Assembly: GCA_041686375.1 (NCBI GenBank)
Contig: JAWLEB010000014.1
Coordinates: 5,191 to 69,190 of the forward strand
Direction of reading: 5' to 3'
DNA: 64,000 nucleotides
Origin: Bacteroidales bacterium
Lineage (GTDB): Bacteria; Bacteroidota; Bacteroidia; Bacteroidales; UBA12077
Positions 50,071-62,089 of this stretch are shown here, piece by piece. Position numbers and translations under genes: made by a program. Positions within the stretch are counted from its first letter, which is position 1; each line of letters opens with the position of its first letter. Under the pieces are notes generated by a model, which worked only from the letters and a program-made list of their open reading frames with translations, searched no databases and was not told the DNA's origin.

Positions 50071-51205
50071 TGTATTTGTTGTATTTTTTGAGTATTTCTA
50101 ATGCTTTGTCGACAGGCAAGGCTCGTATTAGATGTCCATCTCTACCTTCCATCGACTCTGCTGTAAATAATGAGTTTAGAATAGCCTCTTCGGTGGCTTC
50201 GATTACAGCCATAAACAATGGAGAAGTTGCATTATTTCTTAACTTTTCCATTTGGAGAGCGTCAGAATCACTTTTGTATGGGATACGTACCTGCTCATTT
50301 GCTGAAAAAGCAATCACATAATCGCCGCTACCATTGGAGGAAATTCCACCTGTTTTTGCCAGTCCTAACATAGCTCGTTTTGCCAGTCTTTCCAGATTCC
50401 TGGAAGATAAAGGAGCATCAGTAGCTACTACAATCATACAAGAACCATCAGCATTGTCATTCAATTTATCGTTCATATAATATTGATCGAGTTCAACACC
50501 AACTGGTGCACCGTCAATCTGAAGCACTCCTCCAAAGTTTGTCTGTACAAGAACTCCTATTTTATATCCTCCTTCACTCTCTGGAAGCACCCTGGAAGAA
50601 GTACCAATGCCTCCTTTAAAACCATAACAAATAGTACCAGTACCTGCGCCTACATTTCCTTCTTCCACTTTTCTACTACTTGCGTTATCAATAGCTTTGA
50701 ATCCATGTTCTTTTCGAATATGCATTCCGCGGATATCATTGAGCCATCCATCGTTTGTTTCTCCTACTACTGGATTAACAGACCTTACATTTTCATTTCC
50801 GGGTTGATCCAGGGTATATTTTATTAAAGCCTCTGAGGCAGCAGGAACAGACAAAGTATTTGTCAAAATTATTGGCGTTTCTATATTCCCAAGCTCTTTC
50901 ACCTGTGAGAGACCTGCCAGCTTACCAAACCCATTTCCCACATAGATAGCAGCCGGTACTTTTTGTTGAAATATATTCCCCTCATGGGGCAGAATGGCTG
51001 TCACGCCAGTTCTTACTGAATCCCCCTGTTTATGGGTATAATGACCAACTTTAACATTCGCTACATCCGTAATCGCATTATATTCTCCGGTAGGCAGAAC
51101 ACCTATTGAAATACCATAATCTCTGAGTCGTTCCTGACTCTGTGCATTGATGACAGTGGTTAACAGACATAGCACAAAAAAATATAGCGGTGTATTTAAT
51201 CTCAT
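50063..51205 (-). CDS. P1/S58 (DmpA-type) aminopeptidase with signal peptide
   Basis: GVTAILP, GETNDGWLNDIRG, GTGTICYGFKGGIGTSS. N-terminus MRLNTPLYFFVLCLLTTVINAQS. Its 3' end overlaps the racemase start by 8 nt. Confidence 0.8.
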   Translation of the reverse strand: MRLNTPLYFFVLCLLTTVINAQSQERLRDYGISIGVLPTGEYNAITDVANVKVGHYTHKQGDSVRTGVTAILPHEGNIFQQKVPAAIYVGNGFGKLAGLSQVKELGNIETPIILTNTLSVPAASEALIKYTLDQPGNENVRSVNPVVGETNDGWLNDIRGMHIRKEHGFKAIDNASSRKVEEGNVGAGTGTICYGFKGGIGTSSRVLPESEGGYKIGVLVQTNFGGVLQIDGAPVGVELDQYYMNDKLNDNADGSCMIVVATDAPLSSRNLERLAKRAMLGLAKTGGISSNGSGDYVIAFSANEQVRIPYKSDSDALQMEKLRNNATSPLFMAVIEATEEAILNSLFTAESMEGRDGHLIRALPVDKALEILKKYNKYND

Positions 51206-51526
51206 AGCATATAGTTATTTAATGTATTATTGGTAAATATTTTATACGAAGAATGAAAATAACTGGTTATAGTTTAAAAGTTTACAAAATTTTAACTCTT
51301 TCTATTCATTAACATCATCAAAATTAAACCTGAACCCCAGTCTTTTACCTGTTTTAAGCTTCATTATAATTTTTTACTAAGGTTTCCTGTACAGATCTTA
51401 ATTCTTTATATGTGCTAAAAGTATTATCAAATACCTGTTGTTTCAGTAAGGCTTTTACTTTGATGAGATCAGTAAGTTCTTTTTTGGCCCCTTCGTAATT
51501 CATACTAGTAAAGATTTAATAAGAAA

Positions 51527-53002
51527 TCAGTAAGCTCTGGCAAAAACCACTCTCTTCGCTGAAGGCTTTCCTGTTACGATACACTGCCCTTTTTCTTCCT
51601 CATTATCAATAGGTATACATCTTATGCTAGCTCTGGTCTCATTTTTAACTTTTTCCTCTGTCTCTGCCGTACCATCCCAATGGGCTTCAACAAATCCTCC
51701 CTCCTCGTTCATTATACGTTTAAATTCCTCGTAATCATCAATTTTACGTGTATTATTTTTACGATAATCAAGGGCTTTTTTATAGATATTGTTTTGTATG
51801 TTATCTATGAGCTCATCAACTTTATTTAAGAGACCATCCTGATTAACAACCTCTTTTGTAAGTGTATCTCTCCGTGCAATTTCTATTGTGTTATTTTCCA
51901 AATCTTTAGGACCAATAGCTAAACGAATGGGATAACCTTTCAATTCATATTCAGCAAATTTCCATCCGGGCTTGTGTGTATCCCTATCATCAAATTTAAC
52001 GGAATATCCTTTGTCTTGTAGTTGTTTTTTGATTTTTTCTGCCTTTTCATTAATCTGAGTTAACTGCTCATTATTTTTATAGATTGGGATAATAACAATT
52101 TGAGTTGGAGCAAGTTTTGGAGGCAGCACCAGTCCATTATCATCGGAATGCGCCATTATCAATGCACCCATAAGTCGGGTTGAAACTCCCCATGATGTCG
52201 CCCAGACATAATCCAGCTTTCCGTTTTTATCGGTAAACTGCACATCAAAAGCCTTTGCAAAATTTTGTCCGAGAAAGTGTGACGTTCCGGATTGAAGAGC
52301 TTTACCATCCTGCATCAGCGCTTCAATAGTATAGGTTTCAAGCGCTCCTGCAAATCTTTCCGAATTGGTCTTTGTACCCTTCAGTACAGGCATTCCCATC
52401 CAGTTTTCCGCAAAATCAGCATAAACATTGATCATTCTGACGGTCTCTTCCATGGCTTCTTCCTTGGTGGCATGGGCCGTATGGCCCTCTTGCCAGAGGA
52501 ATTCTGTCGTACGGAGAAATAAACGGGTTCTCATCTCCCAGCGAACGATGTTTGCCCACTGGTTTACAAGAATAGGTAAATCCCTGTATGATTGAATCCA
52601 GTTTTTATAGGTATGCCATATTATGGTTTCTGAAGTTGGGCGAACAATAAGTTCTTCTTCCAGCTTCGCTCCAGGATCAACAATAATATTGTTTTCTTTT
52701 TCATCATTTTTGAGCCGGTAATGGGTGACCACTGCACACTCCTTGGCAAATCCTTCTACATGAGAAGCTTCGCGTGAAAAAAAAGATTTTGGAATAAATA
52801 AAGGAAAGTAAGCGTTGGAATGTCCGGTATCTTTGAACATTTTATCCAAAACACCCTGCATCTTCTCCCAGATGGCAAAACCATAAGGTTTTATTACCAT
52901 ACATCCGCGTACCGGACTATTTTCAGCTAAATCCGCCTTAGTCACTATATCATTATACCATTGTGAATAATTTTCTTCTTTTTTAGTAATTATTTTTGCC
53001 AT
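51527..53002 (-). CDS. proS: proline--tRNA ligase (archaeal/eukaryote-like type)
   Basis: [41 protein letters not shown]. Confidence 0.93.
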   Translation of the reverse strand: MAKIITKKEENYSQWYNDIVTKADLAENSPVRGCMVIKPYGFAIWEKMQGVLDKMFKDTGHSNAYFPLFIPKSFFSREASHVEGFAKECAVVTHYRLKNDEKENNIIVDPGAKLEEELIVRPTSETIIWHTYKNWIQSYRDLPILVNQWANIVRWEMRTRLFLRTTEFLWQEGHTAHATKEEAMEETVRMINVYADFAENWMGMPVLKGTKTNSERFAGALETYTIEALMQDGKALQSGTSHFLGQNFAKAFDVQFTDKNGKLDYVWATSWGVSTRLMGALIMAHSDDNGLVLPPKLAPTQIVIIPIYKNNEQLTQINEKAEKIKKQLQDKGYSVKFDDRDTHKPGWKFAEYELKGYPIRLAIGPKDLENNTIEIARRDTLTKEVVNQDGLLNKVDELIDNIQNNIYKKALDYRKNNTRKIDDYEEFKRIMNEEGGFVEAHWDGTAETEEKVKNETRASIRCIPIDNEEEKGQCIVTGKPSAKRVVFARAY

Positions 53003-53175
53003 ATTGGAACAAAATTTGCTGTATTATTGTTAGTATTATTAAAATTAGTTAAATTAGTCGCAAAGTAAATAAATTAAATTCTATAATAAAAATAAGATGG
53101 CGCACATAAATTTAACTTGTTAAAAAATTTTAAAATACATATTGCGTTATATAATTACAGAAAAAGGAGGGAATC

Positions 53176-54474
53176 ATGAAACGAATCAATATCATATTAA
53201 TTGTAGTTACTGCACTTTTCTTAGCTTCATGCTCCACAACGCTGAAGCAAAGAAACTCAGTAGACGATTTATATTTTAATTCTGCTGAACGAACCAGTTA
53301 TGGGTATTCAGAAGAATTATCAAACGAATATACTGCTATGCTTGATGAAGATGAACAGCAAGAACAAGAACAAGATACAGTTATAGAAGACAAACAAGAA
53401 AAATCAACTCAAAGCGGATTTGACAGAGTCTTAGTTGACGATTATAATTCTGCATATGAGAGAAGAAAAGAGGCGATGAGAAGTCCTCATTATGGAATGG
53501 GAGATTATTACAGTGTAATGTTCTCCGATGATTATTTCTATGCAAGCGCATACGATCCTGCCTTTTATAATGTTATCATTTTAGGAAATAATGTATGGGT
53601 AGAGCCAAATTATATTTCATCTCATTTTGGCGCGGGTTGGAGATATAACCGATTCTACAATAAACCGTATCATTCTCCTTATTATAGCCATTTTGGCTTT
53701 AGTAGTTACTATCCTTACTATCATTCACCGTTCTATTCTTATGGATTTGGCTATAGTTCCGGTTATTATGGTTATTATGGTTCACTGTATAATAATTATT
53801 ATGGTTATTATGGAAGCAGTTTCCCTTACTACACCTCTTCTGCAACAACTTACGAATACAAAAGGAAGGAAGAACGAGGTTTATTATCAGAACAAAGTAC
53901 CGGAATTGCTCATAATGCTAGGCCAAGGGTTCAAAGTGATGAAGGAAACACTCAAAAAGCCGATAGCGAACAAGATAATAATACCCGTGAAATAACAAGA
54001 CCACGAGCAGGGGAAAGAGATGAAGCAGCAAGGAGTCGTTATATCCGCCGAAGTGACGATGGAAAGAGAACTTCAACCTATAACAGGGAAAGAAATACAT
54101 CAACCAATCAAGATAAAGTGCGGGAAAGAGAAAATTCTCTTGCCAAATATACGGAATCAAGAGAAAGACAAAAAAGAGCTGTAGAAACCAGCAGAAATAC
54201 GAACAGAGATTATGTAAGGCCAAACAATACGGAAAGATCTGCAAGAAGTATTATACGGAAAGGATCAGACAACAATAGAAGTATAAAACGATCTGATTAT
54301 TCCAGAAATAACAACTCTAACAGATCTACGGTAAAAAGAAGCAGAAGTAACAGGAGCAGTAATAGTAGCAGTTCTTCAGGTACGCGGGTAAGAAGCTCCT
54401 CCAGCAGCTCATCTTCCTCTTCATCATCAGGAAAAAGCAGTTCTTCCAGTTCATCTGGCAGAAAGAGAAAATAA
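53176..54474 (+). CDS. low-complexity lipoprotein (acidic/Gln, Tyr/Gly/Ser-rich, Arg/Asn/Ser-rich, poly-Ser tail)
   Basis: Lipobox LFLASC. YYSHFGFSSYYPYYHSPFYSYGFGYSSGYYGYYGSLYNNYYGYYGSSFPYY. C-terminus SSSSSSSSSSSSGKSSSSSSSGRKRK. Confidence 0.65.
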   Translation: MKRINIILIVVTALFLASCSTTLKQRNSVDDLYFNSAERTSYGYSEELSNEYTAMLDEDEQQEQEQDTVIEDKQEKSTQSGFDRVLVDDYNSAYERRKEAMRSPHYGMGDYYSVMFSDDYFYASAYDPAFYNVIILGNNVWVEPNYISSHFGAGWRYNRFYNKPYHSPYYSHFGFSSYYPYYHSPFYSYGFGYSSGYYGYYGSLYNNYYGYYGSSFPYYTSSATTYEYKRKEERGLLSEQSTGIAHNARPRVQSDEGNTQKADSEQDNNTREITRPRAGERDEAARSRYIRRSDDGKRTSTYNRERNTSTNQDKVRERENSLAKYTESRERQKRAVETSRNTNRDYVRPNNTERSARSIIRKGSDNNRSIKRSDYSRNNNSNRSTVKRSRSNRSSNSSSSSGTRVRSSSSSSSSSSSSGKSSSSSSSGRKRK

Positions 54475-54512
54475 TTTACACATTATAACATAGAAAATAA
54501 CCAAAAAAATAT

Positions 54513-54540
54513 GCCCCAAGAAGAAGTTGGGGCTTTTTTT
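54513..54540 (+). terminator. rho-independent terminator
   Basis: GCCCCAA-gaagaag-TTGGGGC followed by T7. Confidence 0.8.
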
Positions 54541-54564
54541 AAACACAATTAAAGACAGAGCTTT

Positions 54565-56070
54565 ATGAAAAAACAAATATTACTTACCACTCTATTGGCA
54601 TTTATAACTTTTGGAATTTTTGCACAAAGTCTAGAGTATGAAACAGCGGTAAGAAATTCTCAAAGCACATTCAGTGGAACTGCCAGATTCACAGGTATGG
54701 GTGGCGCTTTTAATGCTTTGGGAGGAGACTTTTCCTCGCTTTCAGTTAATCCAGCCGGTGTCGCTGTGTATAGTGGATTACAAATCGTGACTACTCCAGT
54801 TTTTCATTCCGCAACGACCAATACAAATATGCTTGACTATGAGAGAGAAGAGACTGATTATAACGTAAATTTTCATAATGTAGGCCTTATATCCTCGTAT
54901 GAAGTAAGTGGCGAATCCCTTTGGAAAAACATCAATTTTGCGTTAGGATACAATCAATTAAATGATTTTAACAATACTTTTAATGTGAAGTATTTCAACA
55001 AGGATTTTTCCCTAATGCATACCTATGTGGATAATGCTAAAAATGGTATTTTTGATGAAGCTTATGAAGACCTTGCGTTCCAAACTTATTTACTGAATGA
55101 TTATTATATGGAAGATAATGACACTATATATGAATGGTGGTCTCCTGTTAGAGATGAAATGGAATATACAGACACAGCCTCAGGTGTAGAAGAGGTTGGT
55201 GTGAACCAGAACAAATATGTAAATTCCTCCGGTTCAAACGGAGAATATATTTTATCTGTAGGAGGTAATTATGCAGATAAACTATTTATAGGGTTTACCT
55301 TTGGAATACAACGTACAGATTACGAGCTAAGAAGAACGCATTCGGAATTCGAAAACAATGATGAAATGTTAAATTTTCATTCCTTCGACTTTACCGAATA
55401 TGAAACACATTCCGGGAATGGCTACAATTTTAAAATAGGGGCTATTTACCGGCCAACAGATTATATACGGCTGGGTGCAGCAATACACACCCCCACATTT
55501 TATAAAATGGAATATACCTGGTATAATGAAATGAATTCAGATTTAGACTATGGAGAGACACATTCATTTTCCTCTGATAATTATTCATACTCGTACAATT
55601 TAATAACACCCATGCGTATAGAAACAGGAGCAGCATGGCAAATTCAGGACAATGCCATTATTAGCGCTGATTATGAGCGTATCGATTATTCTACAGTAAA
55701 ATTAGAGGATAAAGAAGGCGGAAATGAATTTGAAGATGATAACCAACTTTTAAACAATACACTTGGCGCTGCAAATAATATACGTATAGGAGGAGAATAC
55801 AGGCTTGACAAACTTTATTTTCGCGGGGGGTATGCACTATACCAAACGCCTTATAATGATCAAAATGCTGATTTAAAAAAGGATAAAAATATATATAGCG
55901 GAGGTATCGGATACAGAGAAGGAGGCTTTTTCATTGACGCTTCTTTTCAACGGAGCATGGTAACAGAAAACAAAGCTCTTTACGAGTCTATATATAACCT
56001 GCAAGACCAAGCTACAAAAATCGAAAATAATTTTGATAAGTTTATTATTACCATAGGATTGAGGATGTAA
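54565..56070 (+). CDS. outer-membrane beta-barrel protein (FadL/TodX/PorV-like fold family, unassigned)
   Basis: Signal peptide. GTARFTGMGGAFNALGGDFSSLSVNPAGVA motif. Alternating beta-strand pattern to the C-terminus. Confidence 0.6.
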   Translation: MKKQILLTTLLAFITFGIFAQSLEYETAVRNSQSTFSGTARFTGMGGAFNALGGDFSSLSVNPAGVAVYSGLQIVTTPVFHSATTNTNMLDYEREETDYNVNFHNVGLISSYEVSGESLWKNINFALGYNQLNDFNNTFNVKYFNKDFSLMHTYVDNAKNGIFDEAYEDLAFQTYLLNDYYMEDNDTIYEWWSPVRDEMEYTDTASGVEEVGVNQNKYVNSSGSNGEYILSVGGNYADKLFIGFTFGIQRTDYELRRTHSEFENNDEMLNFHSFDFTEYETHSGNGYNFKIGAIYRPTDYIRLGAAIHTPTFYKMEYTWYNEMNSDLDYGETHSFSSDNYSYSYNLITPMRIETGAAWQIQDNAIISADYERIDYSTVKLEDKEGGNEFEDDNQLLNNTLGAANNIRIGGEYRLDKLYFRGGYALYQTPYNDQNADLKKDKNIYSGGIGYREGGFFIDASFQRSMVTENKALYESIYNLQDQATKIENNFDKFIITIGLRM

Positions 56071-56308
56071 TTATAATTTTATTGACATAATTCCTCTTTT
56101 TACAACTTCTTTTCCTGCGAATATTTATTTTAACCTAAGTTGTCAGTCTTCCTATATCAAATGGAGAATTCAGCTTAGGTTATGTCATATTTTACAGATT
56201 AAATTTATATATATATTTAATAATTTCCTATTATTTGTTTATTTTCGCAAAGAATCTACGACCCCAAAAACTATTACGATTGAAGAATAATCGTTTGAAA
56301 AACCTGAT

Positions 56309-58261
56309 ATGATGAATACAGAAGACAAGCAGCAATTCAACTCACAGCAGGATCAAAATGTTAGTCATAATATTGATTCTGTTACAAAACATCAAGATGA
56401 AAACCCAGTGAATGATCAACCTCAAGATGAAGAAAAAGATCAGACTCCTGGTAATAATTATGAGGAAGAAGATCAGGAAGAGGAAAACAGGGAAGCTGAC
56501 AGCGACTATCAGAACGAACAGGAACTTCCGGGTGTTGATTACACAGAATATTCCAGGGATGCACTTGTGAAACGCCTCAGGGAAATACTTGAAAACGATG
56601 ATATTTCCGATAAAAAGCGAGAAATTGACATCATAAAGGCTACTTTCTATAGAAAACATCGTGCCTTTAATGAAGAACAAAAAAAAGCATTCATTAACAA
56701 AGGCGGAACTCCTGAAGAATTTAAACCAGAAAAAGACCCGCTCGAGACGGAATTAAAAGAACTTCTGAAGCAATATAAAGACAAAAAAAATCAAATCAAT
56801 AAAGAAAAAGAAGAAGAGAAAAAAAGGAACCTGGAAAAAAAGAACCAGGTAATTGAAGAGCTCAAAAATCTTGTAAACAAAAAAGAATCGCTGGGACAAA
56901 CGTTTAAGGAATTCAGAGAATTGCAAAAACGATGGCGTGAGATAGGTCCTGTACCGCAAAACAGAGTCAAAGACCTGTGGGGAACATATCATCACCATGT
57001 TGAGAAGTTTTATGACTATGTAAAAATAAACAAGGAACTACGCGACCTTGATCTCAAAAAGAATCTCGAGGCAAAACTTGACTTGTGTGAACAGGCTGAG
57101 AAACTGGATGAAGAAGAGGATATTGTATATGCTTTCAAAACACTTCAAAAATTACACGACAAATGGAGAGAAATAGGCCCTGTACCGAATGAAAAAAAAG
57201 AAGAAATATGGCAGCGCTTTAAAGAGGCAACAAGCGTGATAAATAAAAAACATCAAAATTACTTTAAAGAACTCAGAAAACAACAAAATGCAAATCTCGA
57301 AGCTAAAACAAAATTATGCGAAAAAGCAGAAGAGATAGCAGAGCTAGAAATTAATACCCACAAAGACTGGAATCACTACACAAAACAAATTCTTGATCTT
57401 CAGAAAGAATGGCGAACCATTGGCTTTGCCCCGAAAAAACATAACAACAAGATATACAGAAGATTCCGCAAAGCGTGCGACCGCTTTTTTGCTAAAAAAC
57501 GTGTATTCTACTCCCAACATAAAGAATGGCAAGAAAATAACTTAAAGAAAAAAGAAGAATTCGTTCAGCGTGCTGAAGAACTGAAAGACAACATTGATTG
57601 GGAAAATACTGCTAAAGAACTTATTGAATTGCAAAAAGCATGGAAAGAAATCGGGCCGGTACCTAAAAAACACTCTGAAGAGGTATGGAAACGATTCAGA
57701 AATGCCTGCGATCATTTCTTCCAAAGAAAAAAGGATAGTGAATCCACAAAAGATAAAGATTTTGACAAAAATCTGAAACTGAAAAAGGACCTCATAGAAG
57801 AGATTAAAAATTACTACCCTGAAAACCATGATACAGAGGAAAACTTGGACAAGTTGCAGGAGTTTGAAGAACGATGGGCTGAAATTGGATTTGTGCCATA
57901 CAAATATAAAGACCAGGTTCAGCAGGAATATCGTGAGGCTATGTATGACCAGTACAATAAGCTTGACATTGATGAAAATGAAAGAGAATTACTCAAATAC
58001 AGAAGCAAAATTAGAAACATTCAGCAAAAACCTAAAGCTGAAAACAGAATCAGACAGGAAAGAGATAAATTTCTTAACAAGATTAAGAAGCTTGAAACCA
58101 ATATCATAACATGGGAAAATAATCTTGGCTTTATTTCTGCAGAATCTACTGAAGCAAGCGACATGATTCATGATTTTCAGGATAAAATACAGAAAGCCCG
58201 AAAAGAAATTGAGTTACTTGAAGAAAAAATTAAGTTAATCGATCAGCTAGAGGACGAATAA
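56309..58261 (+). CDS. DUF349 repeat protein
   Basis: Six-fold recurring ...W(R/K)EIGPVP...W.RF... units. Confidence 0.8.
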   Translation: MMNTEDKQQFNSQQDQNVSHNIDSVTKHQDENPVNDQPQDEEKDQTPGNNYEEEDQEEENREADSDYQNEQELPGVDYTEYSRDALVKRLREILENDDISDKKREIDIIKATFYRKHRAFNEEQKKAFINKGGTPEEFKPEKDPLETELKELLKQYKDKKNQINKEKEEEKKRNLEKKNQVIEELKNLVNKKESLGQTFKEFRELQKRWREIGPVPQNRVKDLWGTYHHHVEKFYDYVKINKELRDLDLKKNLEAKLDLCEQAEKLDEEEDIVYAFKTLQKLHDKWREIGPVPNEKKEEIWQRFKEATSVINKKHQNYFKELRKQQNANLEAKTKLCEKAEEIAELEINTHKDWNHYTKQILDLQKEWRTIGFAPKKHNNKIYRRFRKACDRFFAKKRVFYSQHKEWQENNLKKKEEFVQRAEELKDNIDWENTAKELIELQKAWKEIGPVPKKHSEEVWKRFRNACDHFFQRKKDSESTKDKDFDKNLKLKKDLIEEIKNYYPENHDTEENLDKLQEFEERWAEIGFVPYKYKDQVQQEYREAMYDQYNKLDIDENERELLKYRSKIRNIQQKPKAENRIRQERDKFLNKIKKLETNIITWENNLGFISAESTEASDMIHDFQDKIQKARKEIELLEEKIKLIDQLEDE

Positions 58262-58269
58262 AACATTAA

Positions 58270-59877
<1,608 letters not shown>

Positions 59878-59971
59878 ACAAATTATCATTCTTTAATTTT
59901 TCTTGATAATCTTATCATTTAAAATTATATTTGCCCAATTTTAAAATCTAGTGGTGTAAAAAATATTCAAG

Positions 59972-61888
59972 ATGGACAGAAATTCACTAATTGGTTTAAT
60001 TTTAATTGCTGTTATTGTAGTTATCTATGGAATTGTAAATAAACCTTCGCAGGACGAAATAGAACAGGCAAAAAGAAGAAGGGATTCCCTCCAAAAAGCT
60101 CAGCAAGAACAAGTTGATACAACAACCGAAGAACCTGCAGCCGAAAAAGAAGAACCTGCGCCTATAGAAGATGAGAGAACTGAAGAATTAACCGATATAG
60201 AGGATGCTTCCCAATTAAGCGAATTACGTGAACAGTTTGGCCCTTTTGCAGAGTCTGCAGAAGGAGATGAAGATTTTATTATTCTGGAAAATGAAAAAAT
60301 CAAACTTAAACTATTCACCAAAGGAGGAAGGCCATACTCTGTGGAGATAAAAAACCACAAGACATATACGCAGGAACCACTGATTTTATTTGAAGGGGAA
60401 GAAAATAGTTTTGGGTTTAACTTTTTTGCAAATAAACGCCAAATCTCAACCAATGAGCTCTATTTTGTAAATGAAAGTCAGCAGGACTCTCTATATGCAG
60501 ATAACAACCCCAAAACAGTAACATTAAGATTGCATGCGGGTAAAGACCGATATATTGATTACATCTACACTTTGGCGCCGGAAGCAAGCATGATGGATTT
60601 TAAAATACGATTTGTAGGGATGAATGAGATAATTCCCGACAATCTTAGTACTTTGAATCTGGACTGGGAAATGTATGCCCCTCAGCTTGAAAAAGGAAGA
60701 GAGAATGAAAATAATTATACGACAGTTGGCTATAAACATTACCAGGATGATGTGGATGATTTAAGAGCTAGAGGTAAAGATGATGCAAGCGAAGAAATCA
60801 ACACACGCCTTAAATGGGTTTCTTTCAAACAGCAGTTTTTCTCCTCCATTTTGGTTGCAGAAAATTATTTCGCCAATTCAGAAGTATCATTTTCTAAGCT
60901 GGATGAAGAAGGTAAATATCTGAAAAAATTAGATGCAGAGTTGTCTATACCCTATGAATCACAACCAGAGTACGAATTTCCCATGAAATTTTTCTTCGGC
61001 CCTAATCACTATACCACCCTGAAAAATTATGACCTGGGGTTTGAAGAACTTGTCCCATTGGGTTCAGCTATTTTTAACTGGGTAACCAAACTTATCATTA
61101 TCCCTATTTTTAACTGGCTGGATAATTTTATCCAGAATTACGGGATCATAATATTATTACTCACAATTATCATTAAAATTGGTCTTTTCCCACTAACCTA
61201 CAGGTCATATTTATCCCAGGGTAAGATGCGTGTCCTGAAACCTGAAATTGATGAGATAAACCAAAAATATCCTAAGAAAGAGGATAACATGAAGAAGCAA
61301 AAGGCTGTCATGGACCTCTATAAGAAAGCCGGAGTTAACCCGATGGGTGGCTGTATTCCATTGTTGTTACAGTTCCCGTTTCTTATTGCCATGGTGCGTT
61401 TCTTCCCGTCTTCCTTCGAGTTGAGGCAGGAAAGCTTCTTGTGGGCTGATGATCTGTCTTCATTCGATTCTATTCTTAACCTTCCATTTGAAATTCCGTT
61501 TTATGGAGATCATGTCAGCGGATTCACACTTTTGATGGCTGTTACGCTCATATTTACAACAAGAATTAACAGCTCACAAATGGCAAGTTCAGGCCAGCAG
61601 ATGCCGGGGATGAAATTTTTCACCACATATCTGATGCCGGTAATGTTGCTGTTTATCTTTAATAATTTTTCCGCCGCCCTGAGTTATTATTTCTTCTTAT
61701 CTAATGGTATAACACTGGCGCAAACAATGGTCATGAGGATGTTTGTAGATGATGACAAAATTCATAAGAAACTAAAAGAAAAGAAGAAACAGAAGAAAAC
61801 TGCAAAAAAATCCAAATGGCAGGAGCGACTTGAGCAAGCTCAAAAGATGAGAGAGCAAAAGCAAAACCCCAAAAAGCGAAAACGATAA
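59972..61888 (+). CDS. yidC: membrane protein insertase YidC
   Basis: N-terminal TM, large periplasmic domain, conserved C-terminal 5-TM core (GIIILLLTIIIKIGLFPLT...GGCIPLLLQFP), basic tail. Confidence 0.92.
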   Translation: MDRNSLIGLILIAVIVVIYGIVNKPSQDEIEQAKRRRDSLQKAQQEQVDTTTEEPAAEKEEPAPIEDERTEELTDIEDASQLSELREQFGPFAESAEGDEDFIILENEKIKLKLFTKGGRPYSVEIKNHKTYTQEPLILFEGEENSFGFNFFANKRQISTNELYFVNESQQDSLYADNNPKTVTLRLHAGKDRYIDYIYTLAPEASMMDFKIRFVGMNEIIPDNLSTLNLDWEMYAPQLEKGRENENNYTTVGYKHYQDDVDDLRARGKDDASEEINTRLKWVSFKQQFFSSILVAENYFANSEVSFSKLDEEGKYLKKLDAELSIPYESQPEYEFPMKFFFGPNHYTTLKNYDLGFEELVPLGSAIFNWVTKLIIIPIFNWLDNFIQNYGIIILLLTIIIKIGLFPLTYRSYLSQGKMRVLKPEIDEINQKYPKKEDNMKKQKAVMDLYKKAGVNPMGGCIPLLLQFPFLIAMVRFFPSSFELRQESFLWADDLSSFDSILNLPFEIPFYGDHVSGFTLLMAVTLIFTTRINSSQMASSGQQMPGMKFFTTYLMPVMLLFIFNNFSAALSYYFFLSNGITLAQTMVMRMFVDDDKIHKKLKEKKKQKKTAKKSKWQERLEQAQKMREQKQNPKKRKR

Positions 61889-61904
61889 TAAAATATGAAT
61901 CAGA

Positions 61905-61938
61905 TAAAAAAAGCCCATAGATTTTACGGGCTTTTTTT
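61905..61938 (+). terminator. rho-independent terminator after yidC
   Basis: AAAAAAGCCC-atagattttac-GGGCTTTTTTT. Confidence 0.8.
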
Positions 61939-62089
61939 ATGGTTTTGCTTTAACAGGATTTTCTGATGTGTAGATACGCATCCAATATTTCTAAACCTTC
62001 TGCTAATTGCATTTTATAGGGAATTAATATGTGATTTGGTATTATGGGAAATCTTAACCATGTTTCAATACCAGCTGAAAAAGGAAATA

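Noticed and set aside
51354-51503. 49-codon minus-strand ORF (MNYEGAKKELTDLIKVKALLKQQVFDNTFSTYKELRSVQETLVKNYNEA*) between proS and the S58 peptidase, continuing as KLKTGKRLGFRFNFDDVNE* in another frame.
   Set aside because: It is probably the 5' stump of a lost gene, but I cannot name the family and it is too short to call as a CDS or pseudogene with confidence.
53627-54244. Track ORFs 53627-53995 (+) and 53918-54244 (-) inside the low-complexity lipoprotein gene.
   Set aside because: They are alternate readings of repetitive Tyr/Ser/Arg codon runs. The frame starting at 53176 has the signal peptide and lipobox and runs to a terminator.
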